Virus record (IMG/VR): IMGVR_UViG_3300025000_000096
Coordinates: 649 to 64,648 of that record
From: a virus
Lineage: Duplodnaviria; Caudoviricetes
Direction: 5' to 3' (one strand)
Length of the DNA: 64,000 bases
Position numbers and translations under genes: made by a program. Of the stretch, positions 42,292 to 52,300 are shown piece by piece (position 1 is the stretch's first letter; each line of letters begins with the position of its first letter). Below the pieces are notes generated by a model. That model ran no database searches, was not told where the DNA came from, and was given only the letters and a program-made list of their open reading frames with translations.

Positions 42292-43408
42292 GCAAGTAAC
42301 GCTGAGCAAGGTATACGGTGTGCCCGTTGAGAAGGTTGCTATGGCTCCAGAAGGCGGATCTGTAGTAATGCGTGGGTTCTTTACATCAGACGCAGTTGAT
42401 ATGACGGGCGACACCATCACAAGATCTGCCACAAAGAAAGCTATTGGAACATACCGTCGATGGGCGAATTTGCGCCTTATGCACCAGCCTATGCCCGTTG
42501 GAAAGGTCCTCCGTATTGGGGAGGAGGACGGCCTAGCTTGGAATGAGCTTGAGCTGGAAGTTATAGACCCGCAAGCCATTTTCATGGTAGAAAGAGGGCT
42601 AGTTACCGCCCTTTCTGTTGGCATCCTCGTAAACATGGATGCTGTAGAGATCAACAAAGACACTGGTGGCTTTATCATCAATGACTACCTCATGGCTGAG
42701 ATCAGCCTGGTGGACCACCCAGCAAACTATGATGCTGCTCTTTCCTATGGGAAGGGCTCCAGCATAGAACTAGACCCAGTTATCCGTGCTCGCCTTGCAC
42801 ATGAAGGCAAAATAGCACTTAAAAGTATTTTTGCAATTACCGAGGAGAAAACCATGCCTGATACCGAAATCACTCCTCTTGAAGAAGCCACCCCTGCTCA
42901 GGCAGAGTTGCCAATCGAGAAGGACCTGCCCGTAGAAGAGCCCGTTGCAGAAGACGTTCCTGACACAGTTGTTGCAGAGGCTGATTCCCAGGCCTCAGAA
43001 GCACTTGTGCACATTGACACCTCTGCATTTGAAAAAGCTATTGAAGCTCGAATGGTTGAGTTCATAAAAGAAATCAGCGACAAGATTGAGAAAGCCATTG
43101 CCCCGCCAGCAGTAGAAGAAGCCCCATCAGCAGTAGAAGAAGCCCCATCAGCAGATGAGGCAGAATTGAGATTGAAGAACATTGAGGACAGATTAACTGC
43201 CGCTCTTGCAGAGAACGAAAAACTGGTAGCCCAGAATGACGAACTCACCAAGCGCCTGCAGGAACCTGCCGAACGAACCAACGAGATTACCTCGGTAGAT
43301 TTGCCGAGTGAATCAGCAGAAACAGAAGAAGCCGGACCTTTGAAGAAGGCGCTGAATGCGTACTTTAACAGCGGTCAGCCAAACGTTATCATTCAAGCGA
43401 GGAAATAA
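42284..43408 (+). CDS. prohead protease (HK97 family) fused to scaffold
   Basis: D..GD.I, LMH...PVGK, LSVG, EISLVDHPAN; acidic coiled-coil C-terminus. Confidence 0.88.
   Translation: MSKQVTLSKVYGVPVEKVAMAPEGGSVVMRGFFTSDAVDMTGDTITRSATKKAIGTYRRWANLRLMHQPMPVGKVLRIGEEDGLAWNELELEVIDPQAIFMVERGLVTALSVGILVNMDAVEINKDTGGFIINDYLMAEISLVDHPANYDAALSYGKGSSIELDPVIRARLAHEGKIALKSIFAITEEKTMPDTEITPLEEATPAQAELPIEKDLPVEEPVAEDVPDTVVAEADSQASEALVHIDTSAFEKAIEARMVEFIKEISDKIEKAIAPPAVEEAPSAVEEAPSADEAELRLKNIEDRLTAALAENEKLVAQNDELTKRLQEPAERTNEITSVDLPSESAETEEAGPLKKALNAYFNSGQPNVIIQARK
43107..43154 (+). repeat. 21-bp in-frame tandem repeat (AVEEAPS)
   Basis: CAGCAGTAGAAGAAGCCCCAT twice plus a partial copy. Confidence 0.85.
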
Positions 43409-43411
43409 CAC

Positions 43412-44764
43412 ATGATTGACACTACAAAACTGACGAGTGCCCTCCAGAAGCATTTCGGCGCCAACCTACAGAAGGCTTTGACAACCACCGGCGACGGTGC
43501 TGCTCTTTTGCCCTATGATCTGGACTCCGTCCTGCACGAAGAGCTCTTGAAGAATCAGCCATTGGCTGTTCTTATGAACATTGCACCGGCTGGTGGGAAG
43601 ACCCATGAGTATCGTGTGCGCAGCAGCCATCCGCAGGCTTGGTACGAGGGTGAAACAACCCCAGCCAACAACAAGAACTCAGTGTACGCTGCAAAGACCG
43701 TTGCTATGAAGATCCAGCGCATCTGGGGTCAGGTTTCTGGCTTTGCACAGGCAGCCGATGCCCGCTTCATCAATGCCCTTATGACCGAGCTCGAAGGCTC
43801 TGTTGAGGGTATGGGCAACGTTCTTGAGTTCGGCACTATGTGGGGCGCTTCGAATGACATCACCTTTACCGGCGATGCGTATCAGTACTCCGGCATTATC
43901 AGCCGATTGTTCAAGTACGCTCCTGAGAACGTTGTAGACGCTGGCGGTGACAAGATCACCCTGGACGACTTCGACGTTGCGATTTCCCGCTCTGCCAGCT
44001 TCCGAGGCGTCAGGAATGACCCCAAGTTGTGGCTGATGGGCACTCGTATGCGCCAGGTGTGCGACGGTCTTCAGACCAAGGTTCAGATCCCTCTGACTTC
44101 TGCCGTATTGGCCGATGGCAAGATCACGATGAATGCCTACGCAAACATCCCGATCTACGAAACCGACTACATTGTGCCTGCTGACACTTCAAGCTCTCCT
44201 GCCGATGGTGCAGCTGCTACTGGTGGTGTTGGTGGTACCCTGACTCAAGGTACACAGTACTTCTACAAGATCTCCTCTGTCACTATGCAGGGCGAGCAGA
44301 TCTCAAGTGCTCAGTTCGATGGCACAACTGGTGGCGCCGACCACACAATTAACCTGACCTGGACTGCCGATCCTTCGGCTCTTCTGTACTACATCTTCCG
44401 TGGAACTGTCACCGGCCAGACCAAGCTGATTGACATCATCCCAGCGCTGACCTACGACTCAGCCGGAACGGTAAACGGAACAGTTGCTTCTTACGCCGAC
44501 ACCGGCGCAAAGACGGCGATCACCCAGGTCAAGCCTCTGTTGACCGGCGAGCAGAACATCCTGCTTGTGAACACCAGCGCTTCTCGTGGCTACAACCACT
44601 TGGGCCTGATTGACGACATGGGCAGCCCAATTGATCAGCTGTTCAAGTATGTGGAGCTCGCGAGGGTTAAGGATACTTACGATTACCTCCTTAAGGGTTA
44701 CTTAAGTGGTAAATTGGTCTATCCAAATTTAGTTGCGCTAGTCCGAAATTGCAAATTGTCGTGA
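43412..44764 (+). CDS. major capsid protein with Fn3-like insertion
   Basis: Follows protease; KAL.T.G.GA.L.P.DL, W..E, E...WG, YSG; highly biased codon use. Confidence 0.88.
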   Translation: MIDTTKLTSALQKHFGANLQKALTTTGDGAALLPYDLDSVLHEELLKNQPLAVLMNIAPAGGKTHEYRVRSSHPQAWYEGETTPANNKNSVYAAKTVAMKIQRIWGQVSGFAQAADARFINALMTELEGSVEGMGNVLEFGTMWGASNDITFTGDAYQYSGIISRLFKYAPENVVDAGGDKITLDDFDVAISRSASFRGVRNDPKLWLMGTRMRQVCDGLQTKVQIPLTSAVLADGKITMNAYANIPIYETDYIVPADTSSSPADGAAATGGVGGTLTQGTQYFYKISSVTMQGEQISSAQFDGTTGGADHTINLTWTADPSALLYYIFRGTVTGQTKLIDIIPALTYDSAGTVNGTVASYADTGAKTAITQVKPLLTGEQNILLVNTSASRGYNHLGLIDDMGSPIDQLFKYVELARVKDTYDYLLKGYLSGKLVYPNLVALVRNCKLS

Positions 44765-44865
44765 TAAACGGAAAACTAATCTTGTGTGATTAACTCACGC
44801 AAGTTCGACAGATAAACGATTGTAGGAGGTGGAGACATCTCCTACTTTTGTTTTATGGAGGACGT

Positions 44866-45699
44866 ATGATTTTAGCTGAAGAGTCTGGGAAGTTGCTTGT
44901 CAGGTGCGACAACTGCGAAAAAGAGTGGTGGATTACAGAAAGTAGCAACACCGCAAAAAATAAGGGTGATGAGCACCATTGTTCGAGGGAATGTCGTCTG
45001 GCCAATAAGAAGAACGGCATAAGCCCCTGCGCCTGGTGTGGAACACCCGTTAAGCAGTACCTATCCGCCATCAAGCGGGGAAGGACTCCTTTCTGCTCTA
45101 CGGAGTGTAGCAAAGCCCACCACGCAGCAAACAACACAACAGAGGTTACATGCTCTGTGTGTGGTAAGCCTTTTACCATTACAAACGCCCGGCTTAAGAA
45201 TGAGCAGAAAACCCTCTGTTGCTCAATGTCTTGCTCGAACAAGGTGAGGGCCATTTCTCGTAGGAAGGAAAAGGAGCGGGTTATCTGCCCTGTTTGCGGA
45301 GAGGGATTTGCATCTGACAGCCAGAACATTGGCCAGGAGTGCTGCTCAAGAACCTGTGCTGCCATCAACAAAACGGGTAAGTACGCAGGGGACAAAAGTC
45401 ATATGTGGAGGGGAGGGACTACTAGAGACACTGTTCTTCGGGCCTCCAAGATCTACTGGAAGCGGATAGCGGATTCTATCCGGGAGATAAGGGGAAATGT
45501 GTGCGAGGTTTGTGGAAAGCCTGGTACAGGAAGAAAACTCCCTGTTCACCACATAATCCCGTGGCAAACTTCCCACGACGACTCTCCCGAGAACCTTCTC
45601 GTTGTTTGCTTAAGGTGCCACAAAACCCTGGACAATGTTTATGCCTATCAGGGCATTGCCCCTTTCAAAAGCTCCCACCCCTCCGTTACCGGATTGTAG
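44866..45699 (+). CDS. HNH homing endonuclease with four zinc-finger repeats
   Basis: 4x CxxC..CSxxC; SHMWRGG; W......IR...CEVCG...VHHIIP..D..ENL..VCLRCH. Confidence 0.9.
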   Translation: MILAEESGKLLVRCDNCEKEWWITESSNTAKNKGDEHHCSRECRLANKKNGISPCAWCGTPVKQYLSAIKRGRTPFCSTECSKAHHAANNTTEVTCSVCGKPFTITNARLKNEQKTLCCSMSCSNKVRAISRRKEKERVICPVCGEGFASDSQNIGQECCSRTCAAINKTGKYAGDKSHMWRGGTTRDTVLRASKIYWKRIADSIREIRGNVCEVCGKPGTGRKLPVHHIIPWQTSHDDSPENLLVVCLRCHKTLDNVYAYQGIAPFKSSHPSVTGL

Positions 45700-45716
45700 A
45701 CTTTAGGAGATTTCCC

Positions 45717-46286
45717 ATGGCCTGGACCCTTTGCTCAAAACAAGACGTAATTTCTATCCACCCCGTACAAGCCGACTACCTCCAGGACTTCTGGAGCGAT
45801 GCTGTCGAGAGCTTGATCAGGAAGCACGTAAATGCTCCAAATTTGGGAGTGCCCACCGTTGTCGTTGCTGAAAAGCATGACGGAGATGGCTCTCCTATTC
45901 TTGTTACCAACAACCCAAACATTATATCTGTTCAGGCCATTCGAGTGTCGGACGTAGCATTGGTTTCCGGTGACTATGTCTCTTACGGCAGCCACATAGC
46001 CCTCATCTCGGGTGTGTTTCCTGCGGGTTTTGGAAACATTGCAATAGATTACACCCTGGGCTCTGCAACGGTTGACCCTCTTGTGCGCTTTACAGCGGCT
46101 ACCATGGTTGTGGCAGTTGTGAACTATAAGCGTAGAATGGGCGCCGATGCCTCGATCAAGTGGGGAAATGCCAACGATGGGACAGAAATGGACAACAAGT
46201 CTGCCAACATCAACATAGGGCTGACCAGCCATATGAAGGTGATAATGACTCGTATGCTTCCAAGGGAGAAGATTCTCCTTGGCTAA
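45717..46286 (+). CDS. head-tail adaptor
   Basis: Position; E.HDGDG, F..G..NI.I.Y..G pattern. Confidence 0.7.
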   Translation: MAWTLCSKQDVISIHPVQADYLQDFWSDAVESLIRKHVNAPNLGVPTVVVAEKHDGDGSPILVTNNPNIISVQAIRVSDVALVSGDYVSYGSHIALISGVFPAGFGNIAIDYTLGSATVDPLVRFTAATMVVAVVNYKRRMGADASIKWGNANDGTEMDNKSANINIGLTSHMKVIMTRMLPREKILLG

Positions 46287-47064
46287 GGGTGGTTTTACCA
46301 ACCGGGGCTTTGCAAACACTAGACTAAACGACTGGTCTGGGTGGGTAAGCTCATATAACCAGTCTCCGTTCGTCATAATGATGGAACTGAGAATGGTGAA
46401 CCTAAAGGGGGTGGAGGCCGGACCAGAAGCGTATGACGCTGCGGTACTTGCCTCTTTGCGTGGGGCTGCTCGTGCTCTGGGAAAAGCTATTAGGGATGAG
46501 GCGCATGCTCGTCTTGAGCCAAAGAAAGATGCCAGTACTGTAGGTGCTTCTGGCGACACTATGAAGTCTGTTCGGTATAAAGACACTGGCAGAGCTGTCA
46601 TAGTTTACGATGATGGCTCTGGTCAGCTTCCGTTCCTGGCAGATGATTCTCCAAGAAAAGGGCCGCCGAGCGAAAGCGTTGTTGCTGCTTGGATGCGTGC
46701 CAAAGGACTTCAGATCCAAATTATGGACAAGGATAAAAAGCCAGTAACTAAAAAGGCACCAAGCATTGGAGTTTCTAGGATAATCGGAAAAGCACCACAA
46801 GAGGCTCTTGCAAAAAAGAAGCCCCGAGACACTGAACAAATTGCCTTAAGAAAGATCGCCATGAGCATCTGGAAGAAGGGCAGAACATCTCTGCTTGACA
46901 AGCATCCACAGGGCAAGAAAGCCTACGATTTGTGGGATGAGCTGATGATCAAGGACCGTCAAATGGTGGATGAGATGGCACTGAAAGCCATAAACGGTGC
47001 GTCTGAAAGGCTTAAGTACTACATTGCCACAGGTAGGAAGCCAAGAATGACCAACATGGATTGA
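46279..47064 (+). CDS. neck / tail completion protein
   Basis: Basic; ASG.T..SV, PP....AW...KG, IA.SI.KKG. Confidence 0.6.
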   Translation: MAKGGFTNRGFANTRLNDWSGWVSSYNQSPFVIMMELRMVNLKGVEAGPEAYDAAVLASLRGAARALGKAIRDEAHARLEPKKDASTVGASGDTMKSVRYKDTGRAVIVYDDGSGQLPFLADDSPRKGPPSESVVAAWMRAKGLQIQIMDKDKKPVTKKAPSIGVSRIIGKAPQEALAKKKPRDTEQIALRKIAMSIWKKGRTSLLDKHPQGKKAYDLWDELMIKDRQMVDEMALKAINGASERLKYYIATGRKPRMTNMD

Positions 47065-47075
47065 GGAGAGAAGAC

Positions 47076-47522
47076 ATGTCATTTCAAGATTTAAGCGATG
47101 CTGTTCTTGGTGAAGTAAAAACAGCCTTTGCAAGCCTGGTAGAATACAAAGATGCTATCCAGATGGGTGACCTGGACCGCATGTTAAATGTGGTCTTTGA
47201 GGGGAACAGCACAATAGGGATTATGCTGGACTTTGTAGGGGGTGTTCGAGAAGCGAATGCCCAATTTGCTGGTAAGCGCTGGCGCTGGAGCTGGGTAGGG
47301 GCTGTGATGATCCTGTACAAGGGTGAAGACGCCCTTATAGAAGACCAGCTGGCCCAGACCCTGGACATTTTAAGAACCTTAATGGTTGGGAACCACACAT
47401 TGGGTGGTGCCGTGTTCGCCGGGCACGTTGTAAGCATCTCAACTCCTGAGAAAGTTGCGGTTGGTGACGGGGTTGCTTATTGGGTTCCGTTCAACATAGA
47501 AGTTACAGACAAGATACAATAG
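47076..47522 (+). CDS. tail terminator-like protein
   Basis: Position; N.TLGG.V motif. Confidence 0.6.
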   Translation: MSFQDLSDAVLGEVKTAFASLVEYKDAIQMGDLDRMLNVVFEGNSTIGIMLDFVGGVREANAQFAGKRWRWSWVGAVMILYKGEDALIEDQLAQTLDILRTLMVGNHTLGGAVFAGHVVSISTPEKVAVGDGVAYWVPFNIEVTDKIQ

Positions 47523-47530
47523 GAGGGCAC

Positions 47531-47953
47531 ATGCCTAAGAAACTAAAAAGTGAATCATTGGACATTGAAGAGTCTGTTTTTGAGGAGCCGGTTCTTGCAG
47601 AGGAAGAGACCCATCCTTTGGAAGAGGAGCTCCCTGTTGTTTTTGCATCAGAAGATCCAGAGTTCCCGGACGGTTGTCGCTTCTTTGACGAGAACGACTT
47701 CTACAAGTGGGCTCACGAAGCAAATATGCGCAAGCCGATCTACTCGGACGTTGTAGTGTTCTCTGGTGGGTTTTCATCCGCCCCCACACTTGAACGATTC
47801 GTGATCGGCCTGGCCCTCTCAAGGATGCACACAGGAGCAACAGCCTACCTTCCTGAGCGGTTGGGAGTTATTGCCCCCCTTGCTCAGTTCGGATTTAAAG
47901 AGACGGGGAATTTGGCTCCGGTAGGCTTTGTAGCGTACTTAAAGGTGCGGTGA
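47531..47953 (+). CDS. hypothetical protein
   Basis: AGGAGG RBS; acidic N-terminus. Confidence 0.6.
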   Translation: MPKKLKSESLDIEESVFEEPVLAEEETHPLEEELPVVFASEDPEFPDGCRFFDENDFYKWAHEANMRKPIYSDVVVFSGGFSSAPTLERFVIGLALSRMHTGATAYLPERLGVIAPLAQFGFKETGNLAPVGFVAYLKVR

Positions 47954-48056
47954 TTGTAGTCAATGAGCACGAGAGGATTTGAGAGCAAAAATATGGGGCT
48001 TCCTATTGAGAATATGGAGGACACACGTACACATAATTTCATAGGAGGAACAACTT

Positions 48057-48473
48057 ATGTCAGCTATCGTAGGCATTGACGCAAAAGTAGATATGTCATT
48101 GGACAGTGGGGCGACCTGGGCAACCTTGCCCGAGCGCAACGAATTTACAATCTCCATTTCGGTGGATGTTGCAGAGCGAAAGCCGTTCGTAGCCAGCCTG
48201 TCTGATGCTTGGGTCTTCAAAGCGAGGACCTGGATGAACTGGAGTGGAAGTCTGCAGGGTTATTTTGACGACGCAGACGACACCATCTTCACCAATATGA
48301 AGTTGGGAGAAACTGTACGGCTTCGCTTCTTTGACAGCCGGGCAACCCTGACCAAGTACTGGGAAGGTGACGTGCTTCTGACCAACGTCGAGCACGCAGT
48401 TACCACAGAAGATTTTGCGACCTTGAGCGTAGATTTCGAAGGCGTTGGCGCCCTTTCACGAGTGACCAGCTAA
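48057..48473 (+). CDS. tail tube (major tail) protein
   Basis: G.DAKV, F.ISI, WSGS.QGYFD, YW.G.V, SVDFEG.GAL; strong RBS. Confidence 0.82.
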   Translation: MSAIVGIDAKVDMSLDSGATWATLPERNEFTISISVDVAERKPFVASLSDAWVFKARTWMNWSGSLQGYFDDADDTIFTNMKLGETVRLRFFDSRATLTKYWEGDVLLTNVEHAVTTEDFATLSVDFEGVGALSRVTS

Positions 48474-48493
48474 CCCGAATATCATCTATCCAA

Positions 48494-48532
48494 GTGCCCG
48501 TAGCTATTTCTAGTAGTTACGGGCACTATTTG
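48494..48532 (+). terminator. intrinsic terminator
   Basis: GTGCCCGTAGCTA...TAGTTACGGGCAC-TATTTGTTT. Confidence 0.7.
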
Positions 48533-48552
48533 TTTCTTTAGGAGTTTTGAGA

Positions 48553-48918
48553 ATGTCTGAATACAAAGTTTTGGTTGGCGCAGTAGAGTACGATCTTGTC
48601 AAGAAAGGTCGAGCACAGGCTGAGCAGGTTGGCTTGTTGAGCAAGTGGCTGAGCGTTTACGGTGGGGCGATCAAAGTGGATGGGGCTCTTGAGAACGGGC
48701 TGGACCTTGTAAAGGCCATCACAGGGGCGCTGTCAGCGGATGCTCTGCTCGCACTGTTCGTGGTTGTTACCGGCTGCACACCCGCAGAGGCAGAGGAGCA
48801 CTTTGACGTTGGAATCTTGTTAGATTCTGTGATCATCATTTACGAGAACCAGGAGCACATTAAAAAGGTCCTGTCTCGTTTTTTCTCCGTAGAATCCTCT
48901 CTGAACGCTTCGGAGTAA
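48553..48918 (+). CDS. tail assembly chaperone (gpG-like)
   Basis: Between tail tube and tape measure; slippery T TTT TTC near 3' end. Confidence 0.8.
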   Translation: MSEYKVLVGAVEYDLVKKGRAQAEQVGLLSKWLSVYGGAIKVDGALENGLDLVKAITGALSADALLALFVVVTGCTPAEAEEHFDVGILLDSVIIIYENQEHIKKVLSRFFSVESSLNASE

Positions 48919-49304
48919 GGGTTCTTCACGAAATCAGGAAAGCGTATGGCTGGACTGATGACGTTATCCTGGATCAGGTAGAGCTGTATGGGCTAGGCTG
49001 GATAGAGGAAACATTCAAGCTGATTAGAGAAGACTATGTGTCGGATCTGCGCTGGCTATCAGCCATGCTCCCATTGGCACGAACACCAATGGACAGAAAG
49101 GCCGGACAGTCTCTTCAGAAGCACCAAGAAAAGCTTGGGCGAATCCTAGACAGCCTGGTTCCTTGGCAGAAGACTGCACAATTTAATGCTTTAAGGCGCA
49201 AGAATAAGCAACTCGGGCGTGGGAAAGAGACGCAGATTATAGTAATGCTGGACGGAGACATGGCGAACAATCCGTTATTTAAAGATGCTGCAATAGGAAA
49301 ATAA
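48553..49304 (+). CDS. tail assembly chaperone, -1 frameshift product (gpGT-like)
   Basis: -1 frame from 48879-48885 is open to 49304 (…IRKAYGWTDDVIL…). Confidence 0.8.
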
Positions 49305-49307
49305 CGA

Positions 49308-52300
49308 ATGCCAACTTCACAGATAGTAATTGCTTATAAGGGAACGGGGCTTACTCAAGTTATTGCTGGAGTTAGCAAGGTACGTGCGGCCATGGCTGCG
49401 CCAATAAAGACACCTATGCAGGTTGTCCCCACAAGTGCTGCTCCGGTTTCTCAAAATCAAGCAGGAATAAACGCCCTAAAAGCCAGCCTCCCACAGGCAG
49501 GGCAAGCCCCCGCAGCGCTGGCGACTGGGCTAGGGAAGGTTGTTGCAGCTGCCAATGCCGCAGCCCCAGCTATACGGGCTGTTGCAGCTGCCATAACTGC
49601 GGTTAACAATGCCGCAGCATCCCCCGCCACCCAAGCTCTTGCTGCAGAGAGCAAAAAAGACGCTGCTGACCAGGAAGCGCTCCACAAGAGGATTATAGGT
49701 TGGCAAAAAGCCCAGGCTAAAGAGGCTCAGAAAGCGGCAGCAGACAAGGAAAAGGCTGCTAAGAAGGCTGAGCAGGCGGTTAAGAAGCTCGCATCGGAAG
49801 AGAAGAAGGCCGGTCAAGAAGCTAACAGGTCAGCTGCTGCTGTTGAGTCCGGCTTTAGGAGGGTTGAGCGATCTGTCCTAAAAGCGGCGAACGTGGTTAC
49901 CAGTTTTGGCAACCAGGCTCGCATGGTTTTGCAAGGTATAATGTCTATATCAAAGGCGTTCTCTATGACCGTTACACCAGCGATCATAGGGGCTTTTGTC
50001 TATTCTGGAAAAGCTGCTATCGACTTTGATGAGTCCCTTGTTAGGGTGGCTAAGACAACTGGAATAACCGGCAAGAACTTTACAAAGCTCTCCTCACATC
50101 TGAGGGAATTGGCACTCCACACATCTACCTCTGTAGTTGACCTTGCGAAGATTGCTGAGCAGTTGGGACAGGTTGGTGTAACAGACGTTGATCGAATTAA
50201 AGAGCTCACGCACACATTTGACATGCTGTCCACGTCCACAGATATTTCAGCTGACACGGTTGGTATCTCCATGGGTAGGATTGCAAACGCCTTTGGTATT
50301 GATCTAAACACTGCAGAGGGCACAACCCAGATTGCCAAGCTGTCGTCTGTCATCAACCGGCTAGAAAACGAGATGGCGGCCACTGCTCCACAAATCCTGG
50401 ACTTCATGGACACCTTTGCCCAGACTGGATCGCTGTTTAAAACAGATGACCCTCTCAAATTTGCTGCACAAATGGCTGGGCTTGGCTCTACACTGACCTC
50501 TGTTGGCTTCTCATCATCAGAGGCAGGCACAGCTATGCGTAGGTTCTTGGCTGAGATTGTCCAGAACGTGGACAAGGTTCAGGACCTTATGGGTGGGATT
50601 AAGGGCTGGGGCTCTGAGCAGGAGATTCTGAATAGGATCAACACGGATGCTGTTCAGGTTGTGCAAGAACTGGCCGCTGCTGCTGGAAATGGAAATGGTG
50701 CTGCGCAAGTCTTGTTCAAGACTTTGGAGGTTGGTGGAGATCGAGGCGGAAAGGCTTGGGCAGCCCTTGCGTCAAGCACGGACCTTGCAGGGAAGTCTAT
50801 TGCCCTTGTAAACGACGAATTAAAAGCAGGCAACTCTCTGTATTGGGAGCACCAAAGGGCTCTTCTTTCTACGAAGGGTCAGCTTGGCGTTTTGCGGAAC
50901 GGGTTTAACGAGGTTGTGCTCGTGCTGGGCGACACCCTTCTCCCAGTGATCAACCAGGTTATCCAGACAATTATCCCCCTTGTAAGAACATTGGCAAAGA
51001 GCTTCCAAACAATGTCAGAAAAGAATAAGCTGATGATTGTTGGGCTTGCCATGCTGGTGGCCGTTGCTGGTCCAGTTGTACTGTTCCTATCCCAGATCGG
51101 GTTTGGCCTGGCTATGGCAAGTGTGGCTGCTGGTGGGTTTGTAAAGAACATTCTGCAGATAGCCTTTGCAGTTGCTCGTTTATTCCGGGGAATTGTGCCT
51201 CTTGGAAAGATTATAGCCTCTTTCGGTTCCCTATTCAAGAAAGCTGGCGTGGCTATTAAGGGCTTTGGGGGCTTGTTCGGCACGCTAACCAGCTTGTTTG
51301 GCTCCTTTGGTGGGGCTATTTCTGGTTTTGTGTCTGGTCTGTTTTCTGCTGCAAGCGCCGTGTTTGTGGTTATTGGCTCTGCTGTCGGCTTCCTGATTGG
51401 CGGAGTTGTAAAAGCTATGGGGGTTGGGGAAGAAATTGCAGAGTTCTTCTTCCAGCTTGCGTCAAACGCCCGTGAATGGGGCGCCAACATTGTAAACACG
51501 TTTGCAGGTGGAATGCTGTCAGCGGTTGCCACCACCCTTGCAAATGTTATGCAGTCTATTGGTAACTTTATTGGAAAGTACCTGGCTGGAAATTCTCCGC
51601 CAGACATGGGTCCGCTCTCTCACATTGACTTGTGGGGCAAGAACGTATTTGACGCTTTTCTTGAGGGATTCAAGCAGGCGGACTTTGGCGTTCTTGCTGA
51701 TATTGGCGAGCGGATCAAGAGAATCATAGACACCTTTGTAAAGGTGGGATTGGCCGGGGATCAGGACCCATTCAAGTTTACGCTGGAAGCAAGAAAGAAC
51801 CTGGCAGAGCTGATCAAGGTCTTTAACGAGACTGGGAAGATTTCAGAAGAGCTTTTGGCTGCCACTGTAAAAGATGTTGGTGAGCAGAAAGAGGAAGTCA
51901 GCAAGCTGGTTGTCCTCTGGTTGAAGTACAACAAGATCCAGCAGGACCTGGCCGATCTGGAGAAGCGCAAGAAGGGTGTCCTTAAGGGCTACGAAGCAGA
52001 GGTAGCTCTGATTGCGAAAAGCAACATGTCCGCCGAAGAAAAGGTGGAAGCTATCCGGGCGGCTATGCGTGGGCGGAACGATGAGCTTAGGGTCATTGAG
52101 CAGGAGAAAGAGGGCCTTGAGGAACAGGAAGATGCTGCTAAAGGACTGTTAGAAGTTCAAAAAGAAATGCTTGAGGCTATGCAGCGGCAAGACGAACTTC
52201 AACTGGGCTTGATAGACGCTTTAAAGGGGGGCTCAGACGACCCGAATATTGGCGGGAAGGCTTGGACGCTGCCAGAGGGTGTGTTTGACGGTATCCGAAA

